Below the pieces are notes generated by a model. It worked only from the letters and a program-made list of their open reading frames with translations. It made no database searches and had not been told where the DNA came from. A stretch of DNA of 64,000 bases from Candidatus Spongiisociaceae bacterium (GTDB taxonomy: Bacteria > Actinomycetota > Acidimicrobiia > Spongiisociales > Spongiisociaceae), in NCBI GenBank assembly GCA_965262915.1, contig OZ253564.1, positions 800,001-864,000 of the forward strand. The letters run 5' to 3'. Of the stretch, positions 1 through 9,566 are shown piece by piece. The translations under genes and the position numbers were made by a program. How positions within the stretch are numbered: position 1 is the first letter of the stretch; each line of letters starts with the position of its first letter.

Positions 1-275
1 GCTCGCAGACGACCTCCAACACGAATCCTGCCCACCCGAGATCAACAAGCTAGGTCGCACCATCGCCCGCTGGACCCCCCAGATCACCAACTGGCACATC
101 TCGAAGGTAACCAACGGACCCACCGAAGCCCTCAACAACCTCATCAAACGCATCAAACGAGCAGCGTTCGGGTTTCGCAACTTCGCGAACTACCGAATCC
201 GCGCCCTTCTCTACGCCGGGAAACCCAACTGGGACCTCCTCGCCACCGTCACTCCCCACTGAAATCCGAAGAGCC
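1..275 (+). mobile_element. 3' end of ISL3-family insertion sequence (transposase C-terminus 2..262, terminal repeat ending ...GAAGAGCC at 275)
   Basis: Frame 2 reads ...NGPTEALNNLIKRIKRAAFGFRNFANYRIRALLYAG...PH*, the typical ISL3 transposase C-terminus. It is followed by the reverse complement of the GGCTCTTC ISL3-type end. Truncated by window start. Confidence 0.85.
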
Positions 276-586
276 CATATCGTTCCGTACACGTCCTCTT
301 CACCCTTGGAGTCGACACAGAGCTCAACCCGGGCTGCCGGCAGGCCCAACACGCCGGCTACGCCGTACGCGATCCGCTCAGCCCAGTCGTCGCCCTTTCG
401 GTACTTCGAGCCGTGTCTTGGCGTGCTGAACGTGGCATCTTTCATGAGCCAGCGCTCTTCAGTGTCCGGCTCGACCAGCCAGCGCTTCGGCTTGGTTCCC
501 AGAACCTCCTCTCCAGAGAGTGCCCACTCGCTGACGTCGATCTCGACGTATCGGGGTGGGCGCTCGCTCAAACCTTCAGCCATCAC
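276..586 (-). pseudogene. HipA-like kinase, N-terminal part, interrupted by ISL3
   Basis: LGTKPKRW..WLMK..GDDWAERIAYGVAGVLGLPAARVEL resembles a HipA-like kinase N-lobe. The coding sense breaks exactly at the IS end (275). TACGCT -10 box at 593-598, 6 nt before GTG. Confidence 0.65.
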
Positions 587-860
587 CACTGGAGCGTAAC
601 CAACCGAAGAACAACACCGAGGCCGACTGCCCGACCGCTGGAGACACCACACACCGGCTCCGGATCATCCCTGAGCAGGTCAGCGCGGTCGGACAGAGCG
701 CCAATCCCGGACTAGCTGGGGGCGCTTGCCGTTGGGGGAGCGCCATGGCGGCCCAAGAGCGGGGTCGCTTCTGGTTTGGTTCGGCTCCCCTGGCTCATTG
801 GCTGCCACGTCCCGGGCCCTGGTCTACTTTCCTGAGGATCACGGGCCACGGGGCCACGGC

Positions 861-2171
861 TCAGAATATGGTCGTTGCGGTGTCGACGATGTTGTAGTCG
901 TCGTCGTCGACGACGAGCAGGACCCGCCACTTGTCGAGGGTGGTGCAGGGATGCGATATGCCCACCCGGACCGGTGTCCCCACGGGGAGGTCGGCAGGGT
1001 TGTCCGGCCGTACAAAGGCATGCTGGTCGTTCAGCTCGACGATGGGGAACGGTCCGTCCCCGCCCCTGGGGAGGGGGTCGATGACCGAAGGCAAGCCTTC
1101 ATCGAAGCCGATGTCCCGGCGCCCGACATTGAGCAGGGCAAGGTCGATCTGAGGTCTCGATACGACGGTGGCGCCCACCTCCAGCGCCCCCTGGAAGGGG
1201 GTGTAGGCCCAGCCGGGCTGGATGCTGGGCCCCATCGCGGCATAGTGACCGTGATCGTGAACCAGGTAGCAGCCGGACCGCAGGACCAGCCGGTAGGAGT
1301 CGATAGAGGCGAGTTCGTGCCTGATGTATTCGCTGACGATCTCGAAGATCTCCGAGCCCCCGATGGTCAGCACGGGCGGCTCGGTGGTGTCGAAGACCCC
1401 ATTGCGGTGGAAGTCCCGAAAGATGCCTGTGACCGATTCCAGGTAGGCGTTGACCGAAGCCAGGCTCTCCGGTGAGCGGTCCTCGCCGGCGGGACCTTCG
1501 TACGCTCCTATCCCGCCGACCACCGCGGTGCCGGTCTGCCCGATCTCGCGGGCCACGGCTTCGGCCTCGTCCTGGCTGCGGCAGCCCGTCCGCCCGTTCG
1601 GTACTCCGATGTCGATCAGGAACCGCAGACCGGTCGGCTCCACACCCGTGCTGTCGATGGCCGCGCGGTAGGCCCTCACCACCGCTACCGAGTCGACGAA
1701 GCTGTACACCTCCACGTCGGGCTGTTCCGCCAGACGGACCAGACTCTCCAGTGACCGGGGATCGGCCGCCTCGTTGGCCAGGAGGATCCGGCGTACCCCG
1801 AAGCGGTGGGCGGTGACGGCCTGGTGTGGTAGCGCAACGGTGAGGGCCCAGGTTCCGTGCTCGAACTGGAGCTTCCACAAGGCCGGCGCCATGGTCGTCT
1901 TGCCGTGCGGAGCGAGGAGGACGTTGTTGTCGGAGCAGTAGCGGCCCATCACCTCTGCGTTGTGATGCAGGGCGCTCCGCCGGAGCAGGGCGAACGGGGT
2001 GGGGAGGTCCTGCAGGGCGTTCAAGCCGGTCGCCGCCAGCCCGGCGGGCGTCCAGGACCCGTCACCACGTTCGGGGGGGAGACCTTTCAACCCCGGAGGC
2101 AGGGGAATACCGTCGAGTGATCGGAGAGCCTCCTCCATCACGTCGTAGTCAATTCCGGCTGGGTTTGGCAT
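861..2171 (-). CDS. PLP-dependent D-serine dehydratase/D-threonine aldolase-like protein (fold III, DSD1 family)
   Basis: LAPHGKTTMAP PLP-lysine motif, GRTGCR, LRSGCYLVHDHG, LNDQHAF, ISHPCTTLDKW. Confidence 0.85.
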   Translation of the reverse strand: MPNPAGIDYDVMEEALRSLDGIPLPPGLKGLPPERGDGSWTPAGLAATGLNALQDLPTPFALLRRSALHHNAEVMGRYCSDNNVLLAPHGKTTMAPALWKLQFEHGTWALTVALPHQAVTAHRFGVRRILLANEAADPRSLESLVRLAEQPDVEVYSFVDSVAVVRAYRAAIDSTGVEPTGLRFLIDIGVPNGRTGCRSQDEAEAVAREIGQTGTAVVGGIGAYEGPAGEDRSPESLASVNAYLESVTGIFRDFHRNGVFDTTEPPVLTIGGSEIFEIVSEYIRHELASIDSYRLVLRSGCYLVHDHGHYAAMGPSIQPGWAYTPFQGALEVGATVVSRPQIDLALLNVGRRDIGFDEGLPSVIDPLPRGGDGPFPIVELNDQHAFVRPDNPADLPVGTPVRVGISHPCTTLDKWRVLLVVDDDDYNIVDTATTIF

Positions 2172-2298
2172 AGTTTCTCCATGGCGGCGGTCTGGCTGCC
2201 CGTGCTACGGTCATCCTACATCGTTGCTTCGATGCGTCCCCGATGTAACGACTGACGGGACATGGTGTTGGTTGTCGATACGCGGGGTCTCGATCGGA

Positions 2299-3222
2299 AT
2301 GCTCACTATCCCACCGGGCGACATCAAGTTCGACTACAGCCCTCTGCACGAGCCGGTGGCCACCGTCGGCTTGGGCGAACGGGCCGTAGTACGCACCGTC
2401 GACTGCTTCACGGGGAGGTTCCAGACCCCTGGAGGCTTCACCGAGGAGAACGTGCGCTGGACCCACGAGAACCTCGACGGGGTGACAGGGCCCATTGCTG
2501 TGGAAGGCGTCCAAGCCGGCGACACGATCGCGATCACCCTCCATTCGGTCAAACCCACCACGGTCGGGTCGGTGGTGCTCAGCAGGTGCGAGGCTCACTC
2601 GCCGTACGACTGGTGGGAGGAGGAGTTCGCCTGCAACGGTCTGGAGATCGACGGGGACACCATCGATGTCTTCGGGATCCGCCTCCCGATCGACCCTGTG
2701 GTGGGCTGTATTGCTGTGGCCCCGGCCCGGGAGTCCGTCCTGAGCATCAAGCAGGGACGGTACGGGGGCAACCTCGACTGCGATCTCATCAAGGAAGGGG
2801 CCACCGTTCTACTCGCAGCGGAGAGGGAAGGGGCCTTCCTGTACCTGGGTGACAGCAAGGCCGTGATCGGGCGGGGAGAGGTGTGCCAGCCTCCCGAGAT
2901 CGGTACCGACATCGAGATCAGCGTCGAGGTGGTGGAGGGGATCGACGGCGCCTGCCTGGTGGGACCCCGGCTCGTGTCGGAGGACACGATCGCCTCGATC
3001 GTGTCCTACACCAGCCTGGCGGAGGCCGGCCGTCTGGCCTTCAAGGACCTGCTCGACTGGCTGGACGGAGGTACCGACATGTCACGACCGGAGTTGGGCG
3101 TCTTCATGGCGTCCGTGGCCGACCTGGGCGTGTGCCAGGTTTCCAACAGCCTGTACACGGCCCACTGCGAGATACCGCGCGACTACGTGGAACGGCTCGA
3201 AGCGAGGCTGGGCCCGGCCTGA
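2299..3222 (+). CDS. Acetamidase/formamidase family protein
   Basis: TGPIAVEG, PVVGCIAVAP, YGGNLD, LYLGD..A..G.GEV. Start moved to ATG 2299. Confidence 0.8.
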   Translation: MLTIPPGDIKFDYSPLHEPVATVGLGERAVVRTVDCFTGRFQTPGGFTEENVRWTHENLDGVTGPIAVEGVQAGDTIAITLHSVKPTTVGSVVLSRCEAHSPYDWWEEEFACNGLEIDGDTIDVFGIRLPIDPVVGCIAVAPARESVLSIKQGRYGGNLDCDLIKEGATVLLAAEREGAFLYLGDSKAVIGRGEVCQPPEIGTDIEISVEVVEGIDGACLVGPRLVSEDTIASIVSYTSLAEAGRLAFKDLLDWLDGGTDMSRPELGVFMASVADLGVCQVSNSLYTAHCEIPRDYVERLEARLGPA

Positions 3223-3263
3223 GCCGAGGACCCACCCGGCGGGGCGCGGCGCGGTAGGTGGCG

Positions 3264-4110
3264 TCAGGAAGAGGTTGACGGGCGCCGCCAAGCGGACACC
3301 AACTGCCGCAGCTCCTGCACCTGCTCTGTGTCGAGTGCGACGATGGCCATGGTCCCGTCGACCTCGTCCGTCTCGACGCGCAGTTTCAAGGCAGCGCGCC
3401 GGTCGTAGTGGAAGCTGAGGTGACCCCGCATGGTCTCGAAGCTACCTCTGCCCGGTAGATCTCCGCCGGCGAGCCTCAGCAGATTGGCGAAAGAATCGAT
3501 GGGTACTGTCACCTTCTCGATCTGGTTTGACCCGGGCGACGATCCCTCGGCGGTCACCACGATCCGGTCACTGTAGGGAGACAGCGTCAGTATCTTGTCG
3601 GGAGAAACGAAGCTCGACATCTCGCATACGTCCGGCATCGAAACCGTACCCGGGTCATCGCCGGTATCCGCCAGAGGATGGGACTCCAGAAGCCGGTTCA
3701 GGAACTCGGACAGGTCGCGAACCTTCTCGCGTCGGATGGTCGAGCCGGCGCCATCCCCATCCTGATAGCTCCGGCACCGGATATCGCAGTAGTCGGAGTA
3801 GCTTCTGAAGGTAAGCGTTCCATCGGCGCCCCGGATGGTCGATTCGATGCTGAGGTCCGGGTCGGCGGGCAGCTGTTACCACCCTACTCAGATCGAGGAC
3901 ATCGACCTGCACTCTGGCGACGTCGCGGCCTTTCCACATGCCCCAACCCTTCACGGTGACGGCCACGCTGTGCCGGTCGGCGGCCACGACGCGTACTCGG
4001 CGTGACCAGTCGAAGAGCAGATGGCTGGTTGCTGTGAACTTGTTCCGGCGACTGATCGAGGGCCTCCCCTCGGTTGCTTCCCGCACACCATGTCGGATCG
4101 TCACCACCAT
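3264..4110 (-). pseudogene. Frameshifted hypothetical protein with two similar tandem domains (about 281 aa if repaired)
   Basis: ORF 3655..4110 and the open frame 3875..3264 join if one A at 3876 is removed (GTG GTA [A] CAG CTG). Confidence 0.55.
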
Positions 4111-4218
4111 CGTGGGCGGCTACCAAGTTTAGGGGGTAATTGTTCAACATGACGATAGTTATCCTGTCCAGGAGTGATAGTCGTCGCGCGGGGTCGTTCC
4201 TGCGGTACGCTCCTAGTC

Positions 4219-5277
4219 ATGGAGGCGCAGACCGTTCTAGGGCCGGTACCGGTGGATCAACTCGGGGCGACCTTGATGCACGAGCACGTTCTCGTCGACC
4301 TCACCTGCTACTGGAGCGAGCCGGACGATCCCGCCGACCGTGAACTGGCCCGGGTGAAGGTGGCCGACGTGAGCCGTTACACGATCCTCGGTACTCCGGT
4401 GGGACGTACCACGATGATGATCCTCGACAACCTGGTGCTCGACGACGTGGGGATGGCCGCCGGCGAACTCGCGCACTTCGGGAACGCCGGAGGTGGGACC
4501 ATCGTGGATCTCACCCTGGACGGGATCGGTACCGGTCCGCAACGGCGCCGCGACATCCTGGGCGTGCGTGAGGTGTCGGCACGCTCCGGGGTTCACATCG
4601 TGGCGGGGACCGGCTATTACGTCCACCTTTCCCATCCGGATCACGTTGCCTCCTCCAGCGCTCCGCAACTCGCCAGGGAGATGGTCACCGAACTGCAGGA
4701 GGGCATCGCCGGCACCGGGGTGAGGGCGGGGATCATCGGTGAGATCGGCCTGTCGGCAGAGCCGCATCCCGACGAACTCAAGGTACTGGAGGCGGCAGCC
4801 ATCGCCTCGCTGGAGACCGGTTTCACGATCAACCTGCACATCGAGCCGGGTTCTCCCACCGGTCATCACGCCGCCGAATGGCTGCTCGGCAGGTCTGTTC
4901 CCCCCTCCCGGATAGTGGTCGGCCATGTCGACGGCTTCATCGACCGCGACTACCTGGCCGGCCTACTGTCGCTGGGTGTGACGATCGAGTTCGAGGGTTT
5001 CCATCTGGACGGGTGGAAGGGCGGGCGGTTCGGATTCGACAGCGCCACCGACGCGGAGCGGATCGATGTCCTGGCCCGGCTGGTCACTGATGGCTACGCC
5101 CCCCAGATCGTGCTTGCTCAGGATCTGTGCACCAAGCAGATGTACCGGCGCTACGGAGGCGTTGGCTACGACTTCGTCCCCGCAGGGGTGGTGCCCCGCC
5201 TCGAAGATGCAGGCGTACCTTCGTCGGCCATCAACACCATGCTGGTCCACAACCCAGCCAAGCTCTTGGCGCGGTAG
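4219..5277 (+). CDS. Phosphotriesterase-family amidohydrolase (PTER-like)
   Basis: QTVLGPV, MHEH, GIIGEIG, NLH, GHVD, AQD, YGGVGY, NPAKLL. Leaderless TACGCT-N7-ATG start. Confidence 0.9.
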   Translation: MEAQTVLGPVPVDQLGATLMHEHVLVDLTCYWSEPDDPADRELARVKVADVSRYTILGTPVGRTTMMILDNLVLDDVGMAAGELAHFGNAGGGTIVDLTLDGIGTGPQRRRDILGVREVSARSGVHIVAGTGYYVHLSHPDHVASSSAPQLAREMVTELQEGIAGTGVRAGIIGEIGLSAEPHPDELKVLEAAAIASLETGFTINLHIEPGSPTGHHAAEWLLGRSVPPSRIVVGHVDGFIDRDYLAGLLSLGVTIEFEGFHLDGWKGGRFGFDSATDAERIDVLARLVTDGYAPQIVLAQDLCTKQMYRRYGGVGYDFVPAGVVPRLEDAGVPSSAINTMLVHNPAKLLAR

Positions 5278-5488
5278 CTCTTTAGCCTATAGGTTGGGGC
5301 CGGCACGGATAGAGTCGGCGGGAGGCTGAGACGTGATCGCTTTTCAAGACCGATGCGGGGCCCGTCATAATCGCAAGTGTGTTCCCCTCCTTAATCTGGC
5401 CGTGTACGCAGAGACCTTCTCAGCCCTCCGCCCCGCATTCCGTAAGGCTTGTGATCATGGCGTCCTCGGTCAGCAAAGCCTCGGATTC

Positions 5489-6097
5489 CTACTGCCCCTC
5501 AAGCCATGTCCGGAGCTCCGCCAAACGCTCCAGGGCCCGTTCGAGGCTGGGTGATTGATTGCGCGCACGGTCCGGACTCCAGCTGCTACGAACATATTCG
5601 CGGATGATCGCGACATACTCAGGACCAATCCGGCGGCCACTACCCGGGCGGGGAGGTACACCCTCCCTGATGTCCTTACTTCGTGACCTTCGGCAGAGAT
5701 CAATCAGATGTTGCTTGGGGTCGTCCAGTTCGTCGACCCTGTGGGGAAGCCGGCGGCCTATCGCAAAGTAATGGGCAAAGGCCTGATGGTCAGCCAGCAA
5801 CCAGGCTTCGGTGGCCCGAACCGCCAAGCGGAAGCACATCCCTCCTCGGGTCTGGCCCTTCATTAGGTTCGAGCGAAGTGCGGGGATGCATAGACGGTTG
5901 TCGTCATGGTCTAGATCGTGGATCACGAACCACGCGAGGGTACGAGCAGTCCTGTTCAGGCCGGGTAGCTTCCTGTCGAGGTAACCCTTACCGTATGCAG
6001 TCAGAGTGTGTCTGGGGATCAGTCCGGCACTCTTGAGCAGTGTTTCCGCAACCGGTTCGTCAGTGGGTCCTTCGACTGCGTAACGGACATAGCGCAT
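5489..6097 (-). CDS. DUF4276-like TOPRIM-fold protein, partner of the upstream ATPase
   Basis: VEGPTD, HDLD, EAWLLAD, DPK, SPSL motifs. TGATG overlap with the ATPase stop. Confidence 0.7.
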   Translation of the reverse strand: MRYVRYAVEGPTDEPVAETLLKSAGLIPRHTLTAYGKGYLDRKLPGLNRTARTLAWFVIHDLDHDDNRLCIPALRSNLMKGQTRGGMCFRLAVRATEAWLLADHQAFAHYFAIGRRLPHRVDELDDPKQHLIDLCRRSRSKDIREGVPPRPGSGRRIGPEYVAIIREYVRSSWSPDRARNQSPSLERALERLAELRTWLEGQ

Positions 6098-7251
6098 CAG
6101 AGGAGCGTCAGCTGTTGAGCCGTCGGCGGCGCGGTTTCAGACCCCAGTATCTCGGCCAGGGTGATGCCGGCATCGAGCAGAATGTCGATTTCCGATATCT
6201 CAGCTGCTGATATGCCGGTCGTCCCCTCGTCGCCGGGTTTGAGGACCAGCACCTCGTCTAGGCCCAATCCGGGGTCCTCTAGCAGTTCGGTTGAGTGGGT
6301 AGACAGGATTATCTGAGACCTGCCGTGGCGGGCCGCGCGACTCAGAACGGTGGGGAGTTGCCGGACGATGGAGGTATGCAGCGACAGTTCTGGCTCCTCG
6401 AGCAGGATGATCCTGCCCGCCTTGCCGGCCCGCTCCTGGATCAGCCACAACAACCCGATCAGGCGCAAGGTTCCATCCGAGAAGTCGTGCTCGTTCTGTT
6501 TGGCACCCGTCTTACGCCAGTGCTTGTAACGGGCTTGTAGGTGGGGCCGCCCGGCTTCGTCGCGCTCTAGAGACAGATCCTCGAGCTGAGGAACGACGCA
6601 GCGAAGCGCGGTGTTTATTCGATTGAGGCGAGCAACTCTCGTCTTCTCCCGCGTCTTGGCCATCCTCACCAAGAAGTCGCTGCCGAACGGTCCCCCGCCG
6701 GGTCCTTGACCCAATCCGGGGTCACGAATCAATTGAGGTACCAAGTGTAGGTAGCGAACCGCATCCAGAAACTCGACAACAGGCCGAAAATCGCGGTTCG
6801 AGTTGACCTGTTCCGTGGCGGTCTGGGTCAAACGTTCTTCGTCTGCCCTATCGTCGCGATCTGGGCGATCAATGATGGTCTTTCCGTCTTTGCTAACGAC
6901 CTCGCGGCGAATGATGGGACGATGGCGACCCCGTTGCTCGGCCGTGAAATGGAGCCGGTAGGTCCATGTTGGCTCGTTTCCGGCAGATCCGAGGGTTAGC
7001 TCCAGGCCGACCCTCCCGTAGTTGAAGTTTCTGGCAGCCAGGCATCTGACGCGCTTGAGTCCGCCGCGGGTCTTGACAGCGTGCTGCAGTCCTCCGCCGT
7101 CAGTAGCAACATCGCGTAGGAACCTCAATGCGTCGAGGAGGTTCGATTTACCCGAGGCGTTAGGGCCGACCACAAATAAGCGATTGCCCAGGGAGACATC
7201 GACCGTTTTGAAGTTGCGCCAGTTCATCAATGAGAGATGGTCGATCCGCAT
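6097..7251 (-). CDS. ABC/SMC-like AAA_21 ATPase
   Basis: NWRNF, Walker A GPNASGKS, signature FSDGTLR, Walker B LLEEPE, STHS. GAGG RBS before ATG 7251. Confidence 0.88.
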   Translation of the reverse strand: MRIDHLSLMNWRNFKTVDVSLGNRLFVVGPNASGKSNLLDALRFLRDVATDGGGLQHAVKTRGGLKRVRCLAARNFNYGRVGLELTLGSAGNEPTWTYRLHFTAEQRGRHRPIIRREVVSKDGKTIIDRPDRDDRADEERLTQTATEQVNSNRDFRPVVEFLDAVRYLHLVPQLIRDPGLGQGPGGGPFGSDFLVRMAKTREKTRVARLNRINTALRCVVPQLEDLSLERDEAGRPHLQARYKHWRKTGAKQNEHDFSDGTLRLIGLLWLIQERAGKAGRIILLEEPELSLHTSIVRQLPTVLSRAARHGRSQIILSTHSTELLEDPGLGLDEVLVLKPGDEGTTGISAAEISEIDILLDAGITLAEILGSETAPPTAQQLTLL

Positions 7252-7518
7252 CTGGCTCAGTCCTCGTCTCTCCCGGTTCTCGCCATACCGTGATTCCGGG
7301 CGTTCCTTCCGAAATCGATCACAATCCCTGGTCGTATCCCGGGCAGGATTGCGGGCCGGAAGACCATCCGAGAGTAGCTGATCCAATAATCTTCCCTTTG
7401 CCGTCCCGCTCCGGTAGAGAGGCCCAGGCAAGATTTGCCGGTTTCCGGGACGCCTCCGGGGAGTGCATCGTATACTCGATTCCGTGTCCCTAGAGGGGTC
7501 ACGAAGATTGGAGATGCC

Positions 7519-9489
7519 ATGGCAGACCACCCGAACCGACGATCTAGACAGCGCGGAAGGAGACGATTCTCCGGCCCGGTATCCGCCCTTGCCCTGCTAC
7601 TGGCGCTAGCCCTGGTAGCGGCGGCCTGCGGCGGCGAGGAGGACACGACGGCCGCGGACGAAGCAGCCGCGGCGCAGGCACAAGCGGCTGCTGCGCAGGC
7701 AGACGCGACCGCGGCCCAGGCAGATGCCGATGCGGCCGCGGCGGCGCTGGCCCAGGCACAAGCCGATCTGGAAGCCGCCCAGGCGGCCGCCTCCGAAGCC
7801 ATGGAGGGTGATGAGGCCGCCCAGGCCGAGCTGTCCGACAGGCTCGCAGACGCCGAGGCAGCCCTGGAGGAAGCCGAGATGGCCGCCGAGGCAGCCATGA
7901 AGGCCGCCGAGGCAGCCGAAGCAGCCGCGGCAGCCGAAGCAGCCGCGGCGACTACCACCACCGAAGCGATGATGGCCGAGGAGATGGGCACGGTCACCAT
8001 CGCGGTACCGACCGACATCGCCACGTTCGATCCCAACGGTGTGACCGGGGTCCGCGACCTGGATATGTACATCAACCTTTACTCCGGGTTGACCCGCCAC
8101 AGCGTGATCCCGTCGTCGATGGCCGAGGGTCACTACGAGTGGGACCGGGTAGAGGTCGAGCCCAACCTGGCCGAATCGATCGATATATCGGACGACGGCA
8201 CGGTTTACACCTTCAAGATCCACGAGGGCCTCAGCTTCCCGAGCGGGAACCCCTTGAGCGCCAAGGACTTCCACTACTCGTGGGAACGGGGCCTGGCCCA
8301 CACCGGCAGCATCACCGACTTCGAACTCGGCGTGGCCGAGATCTCCGATATGAACCAGGTGCAGTTGCTGGACGACTACACGTTGCAGGTGACCCTGCCG
8401 CGGCCGAACCCCAGAATCCTGCGAGTGTTCTCCCTGTCGGTCATGTCGGCCGTCGACTCCGAACTGCTCAAGTCGCAGGCGACCGAGGACGACCCCTGGG
8501 CTGACAATTACGCCCGGAGCAACCCGGCCGGATACGGTCCGTACATGCTGGTCGAACGTGACGTCGGTACCAGGATGGTGTTCGAGCCCAATCCCGGCTG
8601 GTGGGACCCGGAGTCTGCCGGCAGGTCGAAGATCATCTACCAGGTGGTGCCTGAGGAGGTGCAGCGCCTGTTGCTCGTCCAGCAGGGCGCCATCGATCTC
8701 GCCTACGCAATGTCGGCCCGCACCGCCCAGAGAGCCGGCGACAACGTGCAGGTTCTGGACTTCCCGACGTTCGCCCAGCGGTACCTGGGTCTGAACCAGA
8801 CCAAGGCGCCATACAACGACCTCAAGGTTCGTCAGGCGATCGCCTGGGCGATCGACTACGATCGGATCATCGCCGAGGTCTACTTCGGTAGCTCCCAGCG
8901 CCTTCTCAGTCCGTTCCCGACCGGCCACGAAGGATGGGTCGACTCCTGGCCGTACAGTCAGGACATCGAGAAGGCAAAGGCCCTCTTGGCCGAGGCCGGA
9001 TATCCCGACGGGTTCGACGCCGAGATGCTGGTCTACGGCGACCTGCCCGAGATCGAGGCGGCCACGGTGCTCATCCAGAGCGACCTGAAGCAAATCGGGA
9101 TCAATCTCGGGGCCCGCAGCGTCACCGGAGCGGAGTTCTTCGGGCTCGTCAGCCCGGGGACGGACGATTTCGACATGGCGATCATCCCCTGCACCCCCTG
9201 GTTGCCCGAGGTGTGGTACACGTCGAACCTGCTGCTCCATTCGGGGACAACGTGTTCCATTACGTACAACAACCCCGTGGTGGACCAACTGGTCGCGGAC
9301 ATGAAGACGGCGGCCACTACCGAGGAGGCGATCCTCCCGGCACAGAGGGCGCAGGCTTTGTGGGAGGAGGACATCGGTTTCATCCCGATCGCCCAGCCCA
9401 ACCAGATCCAGATCCTGAGCAAGGACCTGAAGGGATTCCTGCTGACCAATGAGGACGAGTCGGTGTACTTCGCCTTCCTTGAAAAGTAA
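7519..9489 (+). CDS. ABC transporter substrate-binding lipoprotein (family 5, DppA/OppA-like) with long Ala/Glu-rich N-terminal stalk
   Basis: Lipobox LVAAAC, PNLAES..ISDDGTVYTFK, GYGPY, KVRQAIAWAID, AKALLAEAGYPDGF. Confidence 0.9.
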   Translation: MADHPNRRSRQRGRRRFSGPVSALALLLALALVAAACGGEEDTTAADEAAAAQAQAAAAQADATAAQADADAAAAALAQAQADLEAAQAAASEAMEGDEAAQAELSDRLADAEAALEEAEMAAEAAMKAAEAAEAAAAAEAAAATTTTEAMMAEEMGTVTIAVPTDIATFDPNGVTGVRDLDMYINLYSGLTRHSVIPSSMAEGHYEWDRVEVEPNLAESIDISDDGTVYTFKIHEGLSFPSGNPLSAKDFHYSWERGLAHTGSITDFELGVAEISDMNQVQLLDDYTLQVTLPRPNPRILRVFSLSVMSAVDSELLKSQATEDDPWADNYARSNPAGYGPYMLVERDVGTRMVFEPNPGWWDPESAGRSKIIYQVVPEEVQRLLLVQQGAIDLAYAMSARTAQRAGDNVQVLDFPTFAQRYLGLNQTKAPYNDLKVRQAIAWAIDYDRIIAEVYFGSSQRLLSPFPTGHEGWVDSWPYSQDIEKAKALLAEAGYPDGFDAEMLVYGDLPEIEAATVLIQSDLKQIGINLGARSVTGAEFFGLVSPGTDDFDMAIIPCTPWLPEVWYTSNLLLHSGTTCSITYNNPVVDQLVADMKTAATTEEAILPAQRAQALWEEDIGFIPIAQPNQIQILSKDLKGFLLTNEDESVYFAFLEK

Positions 9490-9507
9490 TAGGACGCAAA
9501 CTCAGGC

Positions 9508-9542
9508 GGGATGGGTCCGGGCTCGATACCCGGGCCCATCCC
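9508..9542 (+). terminator. Stem-loop after SBP gene (mRNA stabiliser or partial terminator)
   Basis: GGGATGGGTCCGGG...CCCGGGCCCATCCC inverted repeat between SBP and permease; no U-tract. Confidence 0.55.
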
Positions 9543-9566
9543 CTCGTACCCGCTAACTTGTAGAAG

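Noticed and set aside
50-652. 200-aa ORF as an intact gene
   Set aside because: Chimera: kinase N-terminus read through into the antisense strand of the ISL3 end
7252-7530. 93-aa N-terminal extension of the AAA ATPase overlapping the SBP ORF start
   Set aside because: Family-typical start MRIDHLSLMNWRNF with RBS at 7251; the extension is the divergent promoter region
7606-9288. Long antisense ORFs (also 29142..31016, 58945..60609, 11640..12980, 36686..38122, 56766..58109)
   Set aside because: Shadow frames of high-GC genes whose opposite strand has clear family motifs
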